Shown here: positions 37,523 through 46,757 of the stretch, one piece after another
Layout: every line of letters starts with the position of its first letter
Numbering within the stretch: position 1 is the first letter of the stretch
Origin: Oligoflexia bacterium
Lineage (GTDB): Bacteria; Bdellovibrionota_C; UBA2361; SZUA-149; DAOLCO01
Assembly: GCA_035327825.1 (NCBI GenBank)
Contig: DAOLCO010000031.1
Location: 1-46,757 of the forward strand
Direction of reading: 5' to 3'
DNA length: 46,757 nt
Translations under genes and position numbers: made by a program
Notes under the pieces: generated by a model
The model's database searches: none
Told to the model about the DNA's origin: nothing
The model's input: only the letters and a program-made list of their open reading frames with translations

Positions 37523-40500
37523 CTATTTATTATATTTTTTCATAAATGGAACCGGAGGAAGGGATGGGCTTGCTGGATCTTCGCGGTGTGCAAATGTCTT
37601 TAGTATGAAATTATTAATGCCATCTGGTAATGAGTCTTTTATTTCTTCAGAAACAAGGCGTCTTCCTGATTTTGGTTCATAAAGCTGTATATAATAGCTT
37701 GAGCTTACTTGTGATTCTTTACTTAGAACAAGGCGGTACAAATTATTTGTGGAGTCGCCTTTAATAAACCTTCGTTTAAAAAGTCCTTCACTGATACGAC
37801 TTTTAATGCTTGAAGGAATATCTTCTGAAACTTCAAACGATACCGGCAGTGGAATGTTGTAATATCTGAGATGAATCGGACTGGTTTTAAAAAGTATATA
37901 AATCGACTCAAAAAGTTCACGGAATGTTCTTTCTCTTCCCCAGAAAAATTCATTATTGACTTTGCCTGAAATTTCGAGAGCCAGAGTTTCTGCAAGCAGC
38001 ATTTTTTCATGAACAGGAATTTTATCTTTGAGTTTTTCAAGGGCCGTCACGACTGACGAGTATCTTCCTTTAGTGAAGTCGCTATAAGCGAGATATAGTT
38101 CATAGTATAGTTTTGCTCCTTCGCGGGAATCATTATTAAGAAGGCGTTTTAGACGTCTCTTAAGCGATGATTCATCAAATGTAGACATGAAAGAACCAAG
38201 CATGGGATAATTTAGCATTGTATCCGTGTGTCGTATGGATAGATCTTCAAAATCATCAAGTTCTTTTACTGCAAGAAGTCTGGATTTTCGATAAAGCCAC
38301 CAGGATTCAATTTCGGCCATTTTTGCCTTAAAAAAATTGGAGATGTTTTCTGTATATGAGTCTGATATCTTGTCTCGAAGCGATTCAGCGTATAATGATT
38401 TGGCTTGAGCGAGGCTGATCCAGGCAGCAAGTTTAACGTCTTCTTCGTTGGTTCCAATCTTTCCAAACCATTGCTGGTCATTGGCAGCTCGTTCCATCAA
38501 ATTAATAGCTGTATCAAGCTGGTTTCTGAAAAATGCGAGTTTTCCGCGCTGGAGAGCAAGAATTGTACGATGCTCTGTGTCTTTTCTTTCGGGGCGTTTT
38601 GCAAAGCAAGACTCGAAGTCAGCAAGAACTCTTTCAGCGGCGAATATCCTTGTCTGATCTAGATAGAGAATACTTAAGTTTACACTGGGAAGAATATGAT
38701 CGCAGCCATCAGGAAACTGAAGAGCTGTTTTCCATGCACTTTCCGCGAGCTCATCGTTGAAAAGCTCCCTATAAACCTCACCAGCGTTATTCAGCGGTGT
38801 TGATGCCTGTGGAGTCCCTATTCGTGTCTGAAATTCATGATCAACGGCTCTAGCAAAGGATTGGATTGAAAGTTCTCTTTGTCCACTTATTGATAGAAGT
38901 ATGCCAAGTATGTTCCATGTACGTTTTGGTTCGGCGTCTTTGCGAAGCCCGGCCTTGGCGATTTCTATTGCTTCATCTATTCTCTTGAGCTTCATAAGCA
39001 CCCAGGCTCTTTGTCCTGGATACCACTCACTGTCATATAGTTTTTCGTATTCATCAAGTATGGCTAGGCTCTCTTCGTAGAAGTCCAGATTTAGTGCAGC
39101 TTCAGCAACAAGATAAAGAATGAAAGAATATTGACTTTGCAAATAGGGGTCTGTCAAAAAATCTCTTCCCATAATTGGATAGCGATTTTCGAAGATTTCG
39201 CGTGATTTTTTAAGATACCTGTATGCAAGTTTAAAATGTCCAACGTCAGTTAGGTAGTACTGACCAAGAAAAAAATACGGTCTGTGGTCATTAGGCATTC
39301 TGGTCAGAAGTAGCTCGAATTTACTGCGAGCATCAATTCCCCTTCCGGATCTGAGAAGAAGTTCAGCTTCTTCAAGTAGCTCTTCATTACTCATGGTGTG
39401 GTCAATATCTGAGAGTTCCTGAAAATATTGTGGATCAGAAAACTCGTCTGCTCCAAAACCGGGTATTGCATGGGCATCGGGCAGGAAAAACAGAAATGGC
39501 AGGGCTACAAAAGAGAGAATTTTGGTTTCTTTTTTTGGCAAAACGGTTTTAAAACTGTATCTGATAGTAAGTATAATCAGGTTCACTGATGCGGGATTAA
39601 GAATGCTGATAAATGCCAGAAATTTTTTAAAGGTTGTCTGATATAATGGTCTGGTTGCTGGTTCGAGCTGTTCTTTGTAGTTGAACGTGTTTGATGCTTG
39701 CCCAAAATGATTTGCTAGATATGCATTAGTAAGCGGATTGAGTTGAGAAATGCCATCTCTTGAAAGACGATTTGCAAATTCGGTACGACTTTCGCCATAA
39801 TTTCGGCCCAGACCAAGATCTTCAAGAAGTGAAATTATGGAGATGTATGCAAGCGTAACCCGTTTTACCGGGTTAGCTGAAAGCCTCCATGCATATCTAA
39901 TGAATATTTTAGAAATAAGGAACATCAGGATGCAGAAAATCATGATATATCCTGCATATAGATTCAGGAGAGGTGAAGCCATAATTTTTTCGATCAAGCT
40001 CTCTTTTTCACTGTCAAGTTGTTCAATCTTGGGATCCATTTGGGAAAGTTCTTCTATTGGATCGATTTCGCTCATTAACTGTTCAAGAAGTGATTCGTCT
40101 GGAACTGCAACCTGGTCATCTTCGGCCTGAGCTGGTATGACATCTATTGCAATCCATCCTCTACCCCTGACATAGACTTCGGGCCATGCATGGCGATCAC
40201 CCATTTGAACAAGTACATCTCCTCCCTTTGCATATTGCAGATCTACTTGAAATCCGGTTCCTACTCGAGCAGGAATTCCTGCAAGGCGAAGGAGGTAAGT
40301 TGCAGCTGTTGCATAATGTGTGCAGAATCCCCGCTTTTTTTCGCCGAACAGGTAAGGTGCAATCGGGTCGCCATTTGGACTTGGTGTGTGTCCCGGTTTA
40401 AGAACATAGATGCTTTCTCTGGAAAGGTAGTCTATTATAGTAAATGCTTTTTCCATCGAATCAGTAAGATTAGATGTAAGAAATCTGGAAAGGGAAAGAT

Positions 40501-41917
40501 AGCGAAGATCTTCGCCATTTTTTGATTCAATTATTGATTTTTCTTCAAAAAGAGGAATATCTTTTTCTGCGCTTGATTTTCTTTTTTGTTCAAGTTCAAT
40601 AAGTTCATTGCTGTCGTTACTTCCGGGTGCGCGAAGATAATGTTTCCAGACTTCCTGAGACCAGTTTTCTTCTCCAACTTCAAATTCTCCAAGTTCGGGA
40701 ATTGTCTCTGTAATAACAGTAGATAGTGCTGTGTAGGCGTAAAGAAATCGTTTGGGATTGGGGTTTTTGATCGGTTTGTAAACTTTGAGCGCATCAATTG
40801 CAAATGGAGTTACCCTGTCGGCAAGGACGTAAACAGCTTGTGTTATTTGGGTTCTGTTTTCGGGATTTCCTGGGGGTATGAGGTACAGGGGTTGGTTGAT
40901 AGGAATTTGGGGCGTGTCAGTATCAAAATTTGAAGTAGCTTGTACCATCTCTCTTCCGCCAAAGTGTGAGAGCGCATTTTCCCTTAGATAGAGCATTTGC
41001 CCCCAGGGGTTTGGATCCATGGTACTTAATAGTCTAAGTAGAGCTACTGGTTGTCTTGAAGGACTGGAAGCTTCATTAAAGCCAAGAGAGCTTTCGCCAT
41101 CTTTAATGTTGTCACTTGCTCCTACTCCGTTCATCACCTGTGAAAGCTCAGAGTTGTATCTGGAAATAATAATTTTTGATATGCCAATAAGACCAATTCC
41201 AATACAAAAAATAAGAAAAAGCATTTGCATCCAGCGACTTGATCCTCTTTGAATTATAGTCGAACTATTGATTCTAAGTCTGCGAGTTGAGGCAAGAATA
41301 GTATAGCCAAGACTGGTGAAACTGAAGAAAAGTGCAATGCTGACCAAAAGTTCGTGTGGTTGTATTCTTCTGCTTTGTAGAAAAGGAAGTTTCCATGTCA
41401 GAGAGCTTATGGAATTTGGCATATCTATCTGATAGCTTCTGTGTCCACTAAGGAGCACGAGAAGAATAAGTCCAGCGCATAGTATTTCAAAATACAACAT
41501 TCCTCTTATTGTCCAGAACAGCAGGTTTTCAATAAAGGAAAATAGGTATAAAGTAAAAACAAGGCGGGTCTGTGAAAGAGCTATTCCTGGCATGAGGTCC
41601 ATTTCGGGAGAAATATCGATGTAATTAAAAAGAACATTTACGATATAAAAAATAGCTTCAATGAAGATATATAATGCAATATGTATAATTGCTATTTTTT
41701 TGAGAGGAGGACTGTTCGAATTGTCAATTAAACTTGCTTCATCAATTTTTGAACCTAGTATTCCTGTTTTCAGGAAGTAGTTTGAGAAGCAAAGACCTGA
41801 AAATAGAGCAGCAATAATTGCAGCAAATGAAATTGACAATTCTACAAGCTGCGCAAGAAACAGACCCAGAAGCCCAAAGAGAATATATCTGAGAATATGT
41901 ATGGTTTGTTCTTTCAC
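37523..41917 (-). CDS. Membrane transglutaminase-like protein (TgpA-like) fused to a TPR region
   Basis: N-terminal membrane helices; catalytic triad GFCTHYA / HAWPEVY / WIAID; C-terminal half with TPR-like helices (YFFLGQYY, TWNILGILL, LNNAGEVY). GTG start. Confidence 0.85.
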   Translation of the reverse strand: MKEQTIHILRYILFGLLGLFLAQLVELSISFAAIIAALFSGLCFSNYFLKTGILGSKIDEASLIDNSNSPPLKKIAIIHIALYIFIEAIFYIVNVLFNYIDISPEMDLMPGIALSQTRLVFTLYLFSFIENLLFWTIRGMLYFEILCAGLILLVLLSGHRSYQIDMPNSISSLTWKLPFLQSRRIQPHELLVSIALFFSFTSLGYTILASTRRLRINSSTIIQRGSSRWMQMLFLIFCIGIGLIGISKIIISRYNSELSQVMNGVGASDNIKDGESSLGFNEASSPSRQPVALLRLLSTMDPNPWGQMLYLRENALSHFGGREMVQATSNFDTDTPQIPINQPLYLIPPGNPENRTQITQAVYVLADRVTPFAIDALKVYKPIKNPNPKRFLYAYTALSTVITETIPELGEFEVGEENWSQEVWKHYLRAPGSNDSNELIELEQKRKSSAEKDIPLFEEKSIIESKNGEDLRYLSLSRFLTSNLTDSMEKAFTIIDYLSRESIYVLKPGHTPSPNGDPIAPYLFGEKKRGFCTHYATAATYLLRLAGIPARVGTGFQVDLQYAKGGDVLVQMGDRHAWPEVYVRGRGWIAIDVIPAQAEDDQVAVPDESLLEQLMSEIDPIEELSQMDPKIEQLDSEKESLIEKIMASPLLNLYAGYIMIFCILMFLISKIFIRYAWRLSANPVKRVTLAYISIISLLEDLGLGRNYGESRTEFANRLSRDGISQLNPLTNAYLANHFGQASNTFNYKEQLEPATRPLYQTTFKKFLAFISILNPASVNLIILTIRYSFKTVLPKKETKILSFVALPFLFFLPDAHAIPGFGADEFSDPQYFQELSDIDHTMSNEELLEEAELLLRSGRGIDARSKFELLLTRMPNDHRPYFFLGQYYLTDVGHFKLAYRYLKKSREIFENRYPIMGRDFLTDPYLQSQYSFILYLVAEAALNLDFYEESLAILDEYEKLYDSEWYPGQRAWVLMKLKRIDEAIEIAKAGLRKDAEPKRTWNILGILLSISGQRELSIQSFARAVDHEFQTRIGTPQASTPLNNAGEVYRELFNDELAESAWKTALQFPDGCDHILPSVNLSILYLDQTRIFAAERVLADFESCFAKRPERKDTEHRTILALQRGKLAFFRNQLDTAINLMERAANDQQWFGKIGTNEEDVKLAAWISLAQAKSLYAESLRDKISDSYTENISNFFKAKMAEIESWWLYRKSRLLAVKELDDFEDLSIRHTDTMLNYPMLGSFMSTFDESSLKRRLKRLLNNDSREGAKLYYELYLAYSDFTKGRYSSVVTALEKLKDKIPVHEKMLLAETLALEISGKVNNEFFWGRERTFRELFESIYILFKTSPIHLRYYNIPLPVSFEVSEDIPSSIKSRISEGLFKRRFIKGDSTNNLYRLVLSKESQVSSSYYIQLYEPKSGRRLVSEEIKDSLPDGINNFILKTFAHREDPASPSLPPVPFMKKYNK

Positions 41918-41919
41918 CC

Positions 41920-43233
41920 TTAAATATACCCTGATTGTATTTGTACTTTTTCTATTTCATGCAAGCTGTTGGGGGGTAGGGTATTTAAGCCCTGTTTTAT
42001 TTGAGGTTTGTTTAAACGAAATAGCGATAATCTGAGTCTACTGGATAAGGTTTTATCCTCAAAATCATGCTTGGGAACAAGTGCAAAGCCAAGGCTAATT
42101 CCTTCTTTGTCGGCCACACTGCATAGTTGTGTTATTAGTGTGCTGGATTCGGCTTCTGAGCAAAATACAACAATGCGTTCGGGTTTTGAATTTTTATTTT
42201 TAAAGGTTTCGATAAATGATTTCAGGTTTATCATTTGAAGCATTTCTTCTTTTGATTTGCATTTGCAAAGTAAAGAAGCTGAGTCTATACAAAGATTTTC
42301 TGCAGTAGTTATGGAACGAGCTGTTTTTTCTTCCATTCCCGGGAAGGATGCCGAAAGAATGATGTTTTGACTCTCAAGAAATTTCATGTAGGTAAGAGCT
42401 GCTGAGGCCACTTCGTCCTCGTGAAGAAGTGCTGGAATGTAGATAGAGACTTCTCCTTCTGGTACTATTGCTGGTTCTGGTTCCCGAACTATAAGTTCGC
42501 CTGATCTTGCGAAAACTTTCCAGAGCACTCTCTTAAGACTGTCTCCGGGTCTATAGGCTCGAAGATCGAAAAGATCACCTGATTTGTTGTCATTGGAGCT
42601 TTCAGTATCACCTATCTGGCTACTAGCTGCCATTATGTTAAGTGGAGTTGTATCAATAGAAGGAGGGCTTACGCGGTATGAAAAAGGTGGAGAAGTAATC
42701 CATGTTCGCTTTGTAAGGCCAAATACATCTCCATATTTTATCAGGAAGCCTTCAGAAATAAATTCTCCACGATGAGGAAATTTAATTGTATCCATAAATA
42801 TATTACGAGAGGTCTGAGTATTCCCAAAAAGGGAAAAATTACCTGTGAGGACATGGGTGTCATGTATTATTTCGCTGTTATCAAAAATTCTGGAAATTGA
42901 AATATGGAATAGGGAGGGGATTGTAAAAGATTCCAATGAGAATCCGGTTTTATTCCTGGAATGTGAAATGAAATTGCTGTTGGAGTCGTTGTTTGTGACT
43001 TTAAGGCGATTTTTTAAACGCGGGGCGCTGATAAGCAATGTAACAAGGCAAAAAACAAGAAGAAAAAACAAGGCTCCACCAAGAACTGCCGCTATCAGAT
43101 CGGAATACTCACGAGCAAAGTAGAAAATCAACAGAGAAGAAAAAATCAGTGCAAGAATTCCTCTAATTGTAAGCGGTACAATATGGAGGAAAAGCTGTAG
43201 ACCCTTTTTCAATTTATTCATTAACTTCGCCAA
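41920..43233 (-). CDS. DUF58 domain membrane protein
   Basis: Two N-terminal membrane helices; HRG...DVFGL; LRAYRPGDSLKRVLWKVFARSGELIVRE signature. TTG start uncertain. Confidence 0.88.
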   Translation of the reverse strand: MAKLMNKLKKGLQLFLHIVPLTIRGILALIFSSLLIFYFAREYSDLIAAVLGGALFFLLVFCLVTLLISAPRLKNRLKVTNNDSNSNFISHSRNKTGFSLESFTIPSLFHISISRIFDNSEIIHDTHVLTGNFSLFGNTQTSRNIFMDTIKFPHRGEFISEGFLIKYGDVFGLTKRTWITSPPFSYRVSPPSIDTTPLNIMAASSQIGDTESSNDNKSGDLFDLRAYRPGDSLKRVLWKVFARSGELIVREPEPAIVPEGEVSIYIPALLHEDEVASAALTYMKFLESQNIILSASFPGMEEKTARSITTAENLCIDSASLLCKCKSKEEMLQMINLKSFIETFKNKNSKPERIVVFCSEAESSTLITQLCSVADKEGISLGFALVPKHDFEDKTLSSRLRLSLFRLNKPQIKQGLNTLPPNSLHEIEKVQIQSGYI

Positions 43234-43342
43234 GCCGGTATAATTAAATTTATTGTATTATCTCAAACAGATGACGACTTTAGAAGTGGAGAATCGCATA
43301 TCTTAACTATTGGGTCAGATTAACTTATTAATATGGTCGGTT

Positions 43343-45946
43343 TTAATTTAGCCTGCTTCCTGGCGTGCTCATTATGTATTCACCAAGAATCTGTGTTGGA
43401 AAATTCATCTTGCCTTCCTGACTTAGTAGTCTTTTGCTTCCAAAAAGAATAAAACTGTCCTTTGCTCTTGAAACTGCAACATTAAGAATTCTCTTGTTTC
43501 GATCAAGAATATAGGCACCTCTGTACTGTTCGTCATAGACGCTAGAGAACAGGATAATATTTCTTTCTGCTCCCTGAAGAGCATTTACTGTGCCTATTAT
43601 AAGTCCAGGGTATTTGTTTTTTAACTGGTTTCTTATTTCTCTTGCCTGAGCGGTAAATGGTGTAAGGATAGCAAGGGATTTTTCGATTGAATCGACATTA
43701 TAGAAATCGCAAATTTTTTTATTGTTATCATTGATCCAGGCAGAAATTGCTTTAGCTTCGTCCCGATTAAATCTGCTTGATCCAATTTTAAAATTTGGAC
43801 CACTTACATGAATAAAGCCAAACGGTGGAAGGATTCTTTTTCTCATAGGGGGACGTTCTGGCTTTAACCGACCCTGATAGGATAATCTGTTACAATAAGA
43901 AATAATTTCGGGAACTGATCTGCGATGTTCAGAGAGAAAAACACCGATAGTTTCAGATATGTCCTTTCTGCAGTATGAAAGACAAAATTCCATAAGATTA
44001 TTGGATGAAGCAGTTATTCCACTTGCAACAAGTTCGCCAAAAGCATCAATCTTGTTTTCGCCTGAAGTTCCTTTTGTTGAAAGTAGTCCACTGGACTCAA
44101 GATTTAAAATATCCATATGTGGAGGAATAACAGAATATGGTTCTAGCTGTTCAATATCACCAATTACAACGGCTTTCTTTGCAAGTGTAAGTCCTCCCAT
44201 TCCCTGTTCGGTAGGAATCTGTCCGGCTTCATCAAAGAAAATAATATCAACAGGGGGTGTATCCCGATTATAGTCATTAATAAAAAAAGTGCATGCCATT
44301 GAAGTAGTTGATACAAAGACAGGAGTTAGCATTGATCGTCTCTGCCAGTCTTTAGTGTCATTTCTGAATCTCAGGTTAAGATCCTTGGTTAGGGATCTTC
44401 TGTGGAGTTCTTTTTCGATTTCAATCAGCCATTTTCCTTCCCAATAGTGTGTAGCTAGGAGAAAATTCAGATAACGTCTTTTGGTATCAAAAGCAGAACT
44501 TGCCTCAGAGGCTATATGAAGAGAAGTTTTATTGTGTATGCGAAATCTGCCCATTACAATATCCATAATAGATATTTCAAGGGATGTTGTTAAAGCATTC
44601 GAAAGATCTGTTGTGCTTTTTTTTAGATCACTCCTGATTTTTTTTATGGCTGCGGAGAGATCATCACACCTACCAAAAATATTTGAAAACCGTGAAAGGT
44701 AATATTTCTTTGCAGATCTAAGATAATCTTGACTTTCAACCCGGGATGAAAATCCAAGCCCACGACGGCTTTCCATAAGGTATCCACTAAGGCTTTCGAA
44801 TTTTTCTGCTGAGGCAAGAAATGTTCCGTAGCTATCAATTTCAGGAAGCCACCTTGAGGCAAGAGGATTGTCCTCTTCGCTTGCCAGTCCGTTAAAGGAG
44901 TCAATTACATTCATGACTGACTGGTTTGTCGCTCCGCAAACCAGCATTACCGGTGGAGTTTTTTGATCAAGTGTCGCTGCTTTTACCCAAGATGTTGTAA
45001 TAAAGCTTTGCAGCACGGTTGTTTTTCCGGTTCCTGGTGGACCACTTATGCACAGTACTTCTCCGTCATTAGTTTCAATGAATCGGTGAATTGCCTGTCT
45101 TTGACTTTCTGAGAGAGGAAAGACCCTTGAGGGATGAGCGAGGTGATTTTTTGCAGTTTGATAATACTGATAGCGGGAGTTATCGTAATCAGTGGGCAAA
45201 TTTGGAGCTTTTTTGCAAAACGAGAAAAGAATACCTGGTTTTCTTCGTCCTGAAAATACTTCTTCAAGTACTTTTATCTGAGAGCGAACATTTCTGAAGT
45301 TGTTTTCAAATGGAACAATTGATGAAAGAGCAACATTCTCATATCCATCAATGCGAAACTCTGAAAATCTGCATTCAGTGGAATGCTCAAAAAAACGGAT
45401 TGCAAATCGCCAGTATTCAGAAAAGTCACTTCTTGGAGGAAGATAGTTTTTTTGAAAGAATAGTTCTGAAGTTTCAATTGATGTTATGCTGAAACCTGTG
45501 GAATCAGATCCTGGTTCTATGTACTCTCTTGGTATCCATGGGAGGGCATCTCCCTGGGGCGACATGAGTTCTGCATCTTCGGTCATCAGGGCAGGAATAT
45601 AGAGCAGATTATGAACATTCTGTGAGCCTTTAAATGCTCCTCTTGGCATTATTCTAATTGGGCATATTAAAATTGGGAGAAGACCTTGTTTGCCGATAGA
45701 TTCATAGTGCCTTAAAAAAAAATCTTTGCAGGATTTTGAGTAAGGGCTTTCTTTTACGAAGAGCGCTTCGGTTGGGATTTCAATCGTAGATTGTTTGTCA
45801 ATGTTTACTGTTGCTGCAATTCGAGCGCCATCTTCAAGGCTCTTTATCCAGTATTGAAGCCTTTTAATGCCTAATTCGGGAAGTTTGGCAAATTTGGTCT
45901 CGCTTGTTCCGTTTTTTCTTTGGAATGAGTTGTTTTTTCTTTTCAT
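43343..45946 (-). CDS. Superfamily 1 helicase (DNA2/NAM7/UPF1-like)
   Basis: GPPGTGKT, ATNQSV, DEAGQ, GDIEQLEP, LSEHRRS, GTVNALQGAER, NVAVSRAK. Confidence 0.92.
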   Translation of the reverse strand: MKRKNNSFQRKNGTSETKFAKLPELGIKRLQYWIKSLEDGARIAATVNIDKQSTIEIPTEALFVKESPYSKSCKDFFLRHYESIGKQGLLPILICPIRIMPRGAFKGSQNVHNLLYIPALMTEDAELMSPQGDALPWIPREYIEPGSDSTGFSITSIETSELFFQKNYLPPRSDFSEYWRFAIRFFEHSTECRFSEFRIDGYENVALSSIVPFENNFRNVRSQIKVLEEVFSGRRKPGILFSFCKKAPNLPTDYDNSRYQYYQTAKNHLAHPSRVFPLSESQRQAIHRFIETNDGEVLCISGPPGTGKTTVLQSFITTSWVKAATLDQKTPPVMLVCGATNQSVMNVIDSFNGLASEEDNPLASRWLPEIDSYGTFLASAEKFESLSGYLMESRRGLGFSSRVESQDYLRSAKKYYLSRFSNIFGRCDDLSAAIKKIRSDLKKSTTDLSNALTTSLEISIMDIVMGRFRIHNKTSLHIASEASSAFDTKRRYLNFLLATHYWEGKWLIEIEKELHRRSLTKDLNLRFRNDTKDWQRRSMLTPVFVSTTSMACTFFINDYNRDTPPVDIIFFDEAGQIPTEQGMGGLTLAKKAVVIGDIEQLEPYSVIPPHMDILNLESSGLLSTKGTSGENKIDAFGELVASGITASSNNLMEFCLSYCRKDISETIGVFLSEHRRSVPEIISYCNRLSYQGRLKPERPPMRKRILPPFGFIHVSGPNFKIGSSRFNRDEAKAISAWINDNNKKICDFYNVDSIEKSLAILTPFTAQAREIRNQLKNKYPGLIIGTVNALQGAERNIILFSSVYDEQYRGAYILDRNKRILNVAVSRAKDSFILFGSKRLLSQEGKMNFPTQILGEYIMSTPGSRLN

Positions 45947-46050
45947 AAAGAGATTGATTTAATCTGGTATCAATAAATATATCAAGAGGAAGTGCTAACA
46001 AAGTACCAGCACTTTACTTCCACTACAAAAAGTTTTATCCCTATTTAACT

Positions 46051-46506
46051 TTATTCAGATTTTTGTTTTAGTTGATGTTTTTCGAGATTTCTATCTCGGG
46101 GGAAGATCAGACCGGCAGTGACAGGGTTAAGATATATATAGATGATCTTGTTCAGAGCTGCTTCAAAGGTAATTATTGCCTCTGCGTCATATGGTTTTAC
46201 CCATACATTATGACCAGTTCTGCCTCTGAACCGGTTTATTAACTTTGCAGTTTCTCCATCAAAGTATTCCATGAAACTTTTCAGGGCATCTGGATCTCCT
46301 TTTAGTACCACAAGGAGATGGTAGTGGTTTCCCATAAAGATGAAATGGCAGACTTTGACCTGTGGGTGAAGGGAGATTGCTCTTGCAATGATTCCGTATA
46401 TGAACAGGTTTATGAGAATGGTAGCAACAAAGGGAAGCCCTTCGGCAGTTCTGTTAGTGATGAGATAAACCCGGCCTTTCTCAAATCTTCTTAGGTTCCT
46501 TGGCAT
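46051..46506 (-). mobile_element. REP-associated tyrosine (Y1 HUH) transposase, possibly C-terminally truncated
   Basis: MPRNLR..VYLITNR start; MGNHYHL (HUH); YIYLNPVTAGL (catalytic Tyr + NPV); the usual following Y/W-S-S motif is absent. Confidence 0.8.
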
Positions 46507-46621
46507 GGTTTGGTGGCTCTTCCGCCATTAGAGTGGGTTGGAGCATTGAAAGTATATGTAAATACCGTATCTATTCCGATGGGAAAGTAATTCCCAATCG
46601 TCATCTTTGCTCTTGGAATCA

Positions 46622-46702
46622 GTCGTCGTCATCCCTGCGCCATCGTCGTCATCCCCTGCTCCGTCGTCGTCATCCCCTGCTCCGTCGTCGTCATCCCTGC
46701 GG
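46622..46702. repeat. Four tandem 20-21 bp GC-rich repeats
   Basis: Unit RTCGTCGTCATCCC(C)TGCKCC starting at 46622, 46642, 46663 and 46684 (last copy incomplete); degenerate copy near 46597-46612. Confidence 0.9.
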
Positions 46703-46757
46703 AAGAGGCTGTCCCAAAAAGTCTTAAACTCCCATTCTATCTATCCCCGCCCATCAG

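Noticed and set aside
45990..46014. AAGTGCT...AGCACTT inverted repeat resembling a CIRCE element
   Set aside because: The half-sites are in the opposite order and spacing to TTAGCACTC-N9-GAGTGCTAA, and no chaperone gene is adjacent.
46622..46702. Possible CRISPR array
   Set aside because: The repeats are contiguous with no unique spacers, and there are no cas genes in the window.
46500..46727. 75-aa ORF with RRRHPLL repeats
   Set aside because: It is a translation of the DNA tandem repeat and overlaps the transposase start on the opposite strand.

Overview
AT-rich bacterial chromosomal window from a Gram-negative organism; the lipid A genes and Tad-type pseudopilins would fit a deltaproteobacterial or Bdellovibrionota-like lineage, but that is inference only. 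In order it carries: a vapBC toxin-antitoxin pair; a large GT-C membrane glycosyltransferase coupled to a large NAD-glutamate dehydrogenase; a lipid A operon (GnnA-like oxidoreductase, lpxB, msbA, waaA, with no lpxK); a wHTH/nucleotidyltransferase pair resembling a type IV toxin-antitoxin system; a 1416-aa orphan coiled-coil protein; a Ca2+/Na+ antiporter; a likely metal-uptake pair (CxxC outer-membrane barrel and His-rich lipoprotein); a radical SAM enzyme with an overlapping Cys/Pro-rich peptide gene; a modular zinc metalloprotease; three Tad pseudopilin-like genes; DNA photolyase; a DUF58/transglutaminase-TPR/MoxR cluster; an SF1 helicase; and a truncated-looking RAYT-type transposase next to short tandem repeats. 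The best candidate for an undescribed system is the radical SAM/Twitch enzyme (24793-25668) and the 93-aa peptide (24518-24799). Seven of the peptide's eight cysteines lie in C-x-P motifs, and the pair is closed by a strong terminator, which suggests a RiPP-type (ribosomally made, post-translationally modified peptide) system. All calls come from reading motifs by eye; no searches were run.
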